A stretch of DNA of 64,000 bases from Comamonadaceae bacterium (GTDB taxonomy: Bacteria; Pseudomonadota; Gammaproteobacteria; Burkholderiales; Burkholderiaceae_C), in NCBI GenBank assembly GCA_030528485.1, contig JAUMYU010000001.1, positions 273-64,272 of the forward strand, in the 5' to 3' direction. Every line of letters begins with the position of its first letter. Positions within the stretch are counted from its first letter, which is position 1. The notes beneath the pieces were generated by a model. That model made no database searches. It saw only the letters and a list, made by a program, of their open reading frames with translations, and was not told the DNA's origin. Shown here piece after piece: positions 60,871-64,000 of the stretch. A program made the position numbers and the translations under genes.

Positions 60871-61836
60871 TCAGGCCCGGCCCGCTTTGTTGCTGGTTTC
60901 GTGCTCCAGCTTCAGCCCTTTGGGCAGGGGGAAGTGCATGGTTTCCACAATGCCATCCATTTTGCGCACGGAGACAGCGCCGAGCGAGCGCAGGCGCTCG
61001 ATCACGGCTTTGACCAGCACTTCCGGCGCGGATGCACCTGCGGTCAGGCCCACGGTTTGGCGTTGCTCGAACCATTGCGCTTGCAGCTCGTCGGCGTTGT
61101 CCACCATGTAGGCGGGGGTGCCCAGGCGCTCGGCCAGGTCGCGCAGGCGGTTGCTGTTGGAGCTGGTGGGGCTGCCCACGACGATGACGATGTCCACCTG
61201 CTGGCTGAGCTGGCGCACGGCGTCTTGCCGGTTTTGCGTGGCGTAGCAGATGTCTTGCTGTTTGGGCTCGCGGATGTGGGGAAAGCGCGCTTTGACGGCG
61301 GCGGTGATTTCCGCGGCGTCGTCCACCGAGAGGGTGGTTTGCGTGACCACGGCCAGGCGCTCGGTTTGCGCGGGCTGGACGGTGGCGACGTCTTCGACGG
61401 TTTGCACCAGGTGGATGCCTTCCGATAGCTGGCCCATGGTGCCTTCCACTTCGGGGTGGCCGGCGTGGCCGATCATGAGAAATTCGTAGCCTTCGCGCGC
61501 GAGTTTGGCGACTTCGACGTGGACTTTGGTCACCAGCGGGCAGGTGGCGTCGAAAATCTGAAAGCCCCGCGCCTTGGCTTCGTTTTGCACGGCCTTGCTT
61601 ACGCCGTGGGCGCTGAAGATGAGGGTGGCGCCTGCAGGGACTTCGGCCAGGTCTTCAATGAAGATGGCGCCTTTGGCCTTGAGGGTTTCGACGACGTAGG
61701 TGTTGTGCACGATTTCGTGGCGCACGTAGATGGGCGCGCCGAATTTGAGCAAGGCGCGCTCGACGATGTCGATGGCGCGATCCACGCCTGCGCAAAAGCC
61801 GCGCGGCTCGGCCAGCACGATGTCGCGGGCGCTCAT
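60871..61836 (-). CDS. ispH: 4-hydroxy-3-methylbut-2-enyl diphosphate reductase
   Basis: [37 protein letters not shown]. Confidence 0.97.
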   Translation of the reverse strand: MSARDIVLAEPRGFCAGVDRAIDIVERALLKFGAPIYVRHEIVHNTYVVETLKAKGAIFIEDLAEVPAGATLIFSAHGVSKAVQNEAKARGFQIFDATCPLVTKVHVEVAKLAREGYEFLMIGHAGHPEVEGTMGQLSEGIHLVQTVEDVATVQPAQTERLAVVTQTTLSVDDAAEITAAVKARFPHIREPKQQDICYATQNRQDAVRQLSQQVDIVIVVGSPTSSNSNRLRDLAERLGTPAYMVDNADELQAQWFEQRQTVGLTAGASAPEVLVKAVIERLRSLGAVSVRKMDGIVETMHFPLPKGLKLEHETSNKAGRA

Positions 61837-61837
61837 T

Positions 61838-62317
61838 TCAAAGCACCCCGATGATGAGGACTTCAAAGCTCACGGGCTGGCCGGCCAGCGGGTGGCTGAA
61901 GTCGAACAGCACGGCGCCATCCTCGCGCACTTGCATGACGGTGCCTGCATAGCTGCCATCGCCGCTGGGGGTGAGAAATTCCACCACTTCGCCGGGGGTG
62001 TATTCGTCTTCAGGGTCGCCCTGTTCATCCAGCAGCTTGCGCGCAACCCATTGCTGCATTTGGGGGTTTTTCTCGCCAAAGGCTTCGCCCGGCGCAAGGC
62101 AGAAGCAGGCGCGCTGGCCTTCTTGCATGCCCATGAGGCGCTGCTCCAGCGCGGGCGAGAGGGCGCCGGTGCCCAGCGTGAGTGTGGAGGGTTGGCCGCC
62201 TTCAAAAGTGTTGACGATGTCGCCCTGCGGGCCGGCCAGGCGGTAGTGAAGCGTGAGGAAAGCGCCTGGGTGGACGGCTGCAGGGGCGGTAGCGTCGGAA
62301 GGGGCAGGGGCGTTCAT
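61838..62317 (-). CDS. fkpB: FKBP-type peptidyl-prolyl isomerase (FkpB/SlpA-like)
   Basis: [19 protein letters not shown]; directly upstream of ispH. Confidence 0.85.
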   Translation of the reverse strand: MNAPAPSDATAPAAVHPGAFLTLHYRLAGPQGDIVNTFEGGQPSTLTLGTGALSPALEQRLMGMQEGQRACFCLAPGEAFGEKNPQMQQWVARKLLDEQGDPEDEYTPGEVVEFLTPSGDGSYAGTVMQVREDGAVLFDFSHPLAGQPVSFEVLIIGVL

Positions 62318-62404
62318 AGGGTGCAGGTTCTGTGTATATAGGCATTGATAAACTGGGCGCGGATTGTACGTTTGCCCCTTTTTTTCTGCATTGCCCTATT
62401 GCCT

Positions 62405-63151
62405 ATGCCCGTCAAGGATTTACCGCCCGAAGCGCGCCCGCGCGAGAAGTTGCTTGCGCGCGGCGCGGCGGCGCTCTCGGATACGGAGCTGCTGGCCATT
62501 ATCTTGCGCACGGGGATTGCCGGGCGCAGTGTGTTGGCGCTGGCGGAGGATTTGCTGCGCTTGCCTGCGCGCAACGGTGCGCCCGCCGATGCCTCCAATC
62601 CGGCGGGCGCGGCAGGCGTGGCAGAGGGCGGCGGCTTTGGCGGCTTGAATGGCTTGCTGCATGCGCGCCATGAAGACCTGGCCCGCATCAAGGGGCTGGG
62701 GCCAGCCAAGCGCGCCGAGCTGCTGGCCATCATGGAGTTGGCGCGCCGCGCGCTGGCGCAGCAGTTGCAGGCAGGCGATGCGCTGGCCTCGCCCGCCGCG
62801 GCCAAAAGCTATTTGCAGGCCCAGTTGGCGCATCGGCCGCATGAGGTATTTGCGGTGGTGTTTCTGGATGCGCAGATGCGCATGATTGCGTTTGAGGAGC
62901 TGTTTCGCGGCACGCTCACGCACACCCAGGTCTATCCGCGCGAAATCGCCCTGCGCGCGCTGCATTGGCATGCCGAAAGCGTCATCCTGGCGCACAACCA
63001 CCCCAGCGGCTCGGTGCAGCCATCGCCTGCCGATGTGAGCTTGACGCGGCACATCCGTGACGCCCTGGCGCTGTTGGGCATCCGTGTGCGCGATCACATC
63101 ATCGTGGCGCAGGGGCAAAGCTGCTCGCTGGCCGATTCGGGGGTGTTATGA
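62405..63151 (+). CDS. radC: RadC family JAB-domain protein
   Basis: PREKLLARGAAALSDTELLA, HNHPSG..PS.AD, DHIIV. Confidence 0.92.
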   Translation: MPVKDLPPEARPREKLLARGAAALSDTELLAIILRTGIAGRSVLALAEDLLRLPARNGAPADASNPAGAAGVAEGGGFGGLNGLLHARHEDLARIKGLGPAKRAELLAIMELARRALAQQLQAGDALASPAAAKSYLQAQLAHRPHEVFAVVFLDAQMRMIAFEELFRGTLTHTQVYPREIALRALHWHAESVILAHNHPSGSVQPSPADVSLTRHIRDALALLGIRVRDHIIVAQGQSCSLADSGVL

Positions 63152-63852
63152 GCGGCGGTTCCGATCGCAAACCTGCGCGCCAGGCGCCCGCAGCGCCGGA
63201 GAAGGGGCAAGCGTTGCGCCTGCACGCCTTATCGGACTTGCGGCAGGTGTCCGCACTGCTCAAGCTTCAGCAGCAAATGCGCCAACGCCAGGCCGAGCTG
63301 GAAAAGGCCCGCCGGGCGGAGGAAGAACGCCAGCGCAACCTGTTTCGCCACACGGTCGGCCCCGTGCATGCGCTCAAAGCCCCGCCGCGCGTGCGCCTGG
63401 CGCCTGAACCTGCGCCGCCGCTGCCCTTGCAGTTGCAGCTTGATGAGCAGCGCGCGCTGCTCGAATCCATCAGCGACGATTTCGATGTCAGCTCCCTGCT
63501 CGACACCGACGAGGCCCTGAGCTACCGCCAAAGCGGCGTCGCGCCCGAGGTAGCGCGCAAGCTGCGCCTGGGGCACTGGAGCATCCAGGCCTCGCTGGAC
63601 TTGCATGGCCTGCGCCTGGACGAAGCCCGCGAAGCGTTGGGGCAATTCATCCGCGCACAGCACCGCCGTGGCGTGCGTTGCGTGCGCATCATCCACGGCA
63701 AAGGCCACGGCTCGCCCGGGCGTGTGCCCGTGCTCAAAACGCGCGTGCAGCGCTGGCTGGTGCAGAAAAAAGAAGTGCTGGCTTTCGTGCAAGCGCGCGC
63801 TTGCGAGGGTGGGGCCGGCGCTGTCATCGTGCTGCTGGATCGGGCTCCCTGA
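63148..63852 (+). CDS. Smr/MutS domain endonuclease
   Basis: LDLHG, IIHGKGHGS, GGAGAVIVLL. Confidence 0.9.
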   Translation: MSGGSDRKPARQAPAAPEKGQALRLHALSDLRQVSALLKLQQQMRQRQAELEKARRAEEERQRNLFRHTVGPVHALKAPPRVRLAPEPAPPLPLQLQLDEQRALLESISDDFDVSSLLDTDEALSYRQSGVAPEVARKLRLGHWSIQASLDLHGLRLDEAREALGQFIRAQHRRGVRCVRIIHGKGHGSPGRVPVLKTRVQRWLVQKKEVLAFVQARACEGGAGAVIVLLDRAP

Positions 63853-64000
63853 GCTGCCCTATACGCAAACATGCGTTTGCGCAGTCCGCCAGGCCAATGC
63901 CCCTGGATTTTTCAAGGGTGCTCAGGCAACGCGGCCAATCAAGGCCACGCCCCTAAAATGCGCCCCCCGCGCGGAGGCGGCAAAACCGCCGAGCGCCGTT

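Noticed and set aside
62405-63151. radC as a marker of a mobile element
   Set aside because: It is the full-length chromosomal-type RadC in a housekeeping fkpB-ispH / smr context, with no mobility genes.

Overview
This is a core-chromosome segment of a GC-rich betaproteobacterium; the protein set and sequences look Comamonadaceae-like (inference). It holds about 55 mostly housekeeping CDSs: tadA (partial), a MacAB-like ABC exporter, cyoABCD, dnaB, rpsP-rimM-trmD-rplS, rph, uvrA, cysK, dps, pilT/pilU, fmt, rsgA, purM, hda, tgt, hisFIE, a Pha/Mrp antiporter operon, pcnB, cysE, ispH, radC and smr. I found no rRNA, tRNA, CRISPR, transposase or integrase. The main unexplained signal is a dispersed family of 13 AT-rich intergenic elements, 73-75 bp long (one is 85 bp). 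Each has inverted arms (TTACAAATCAAA...TTTGATTTGTAA) and an asymmetric core TTT(C/T/A)GGCA. The spacers are highly diverged, yet the distance from the core GGCA to the distal end is exactly 36 bp in 12 of 13 copies and 47 bp (+11, about one helical turn) in the other. Copies often abut start or stop codons and bracket small gene blocks such as hisFIE. A second anomaly is a roughly 16 kb AT/T-shifted domain of native-looking core genes (about 5.4-21.5 kb), whose centre has none of these elements.
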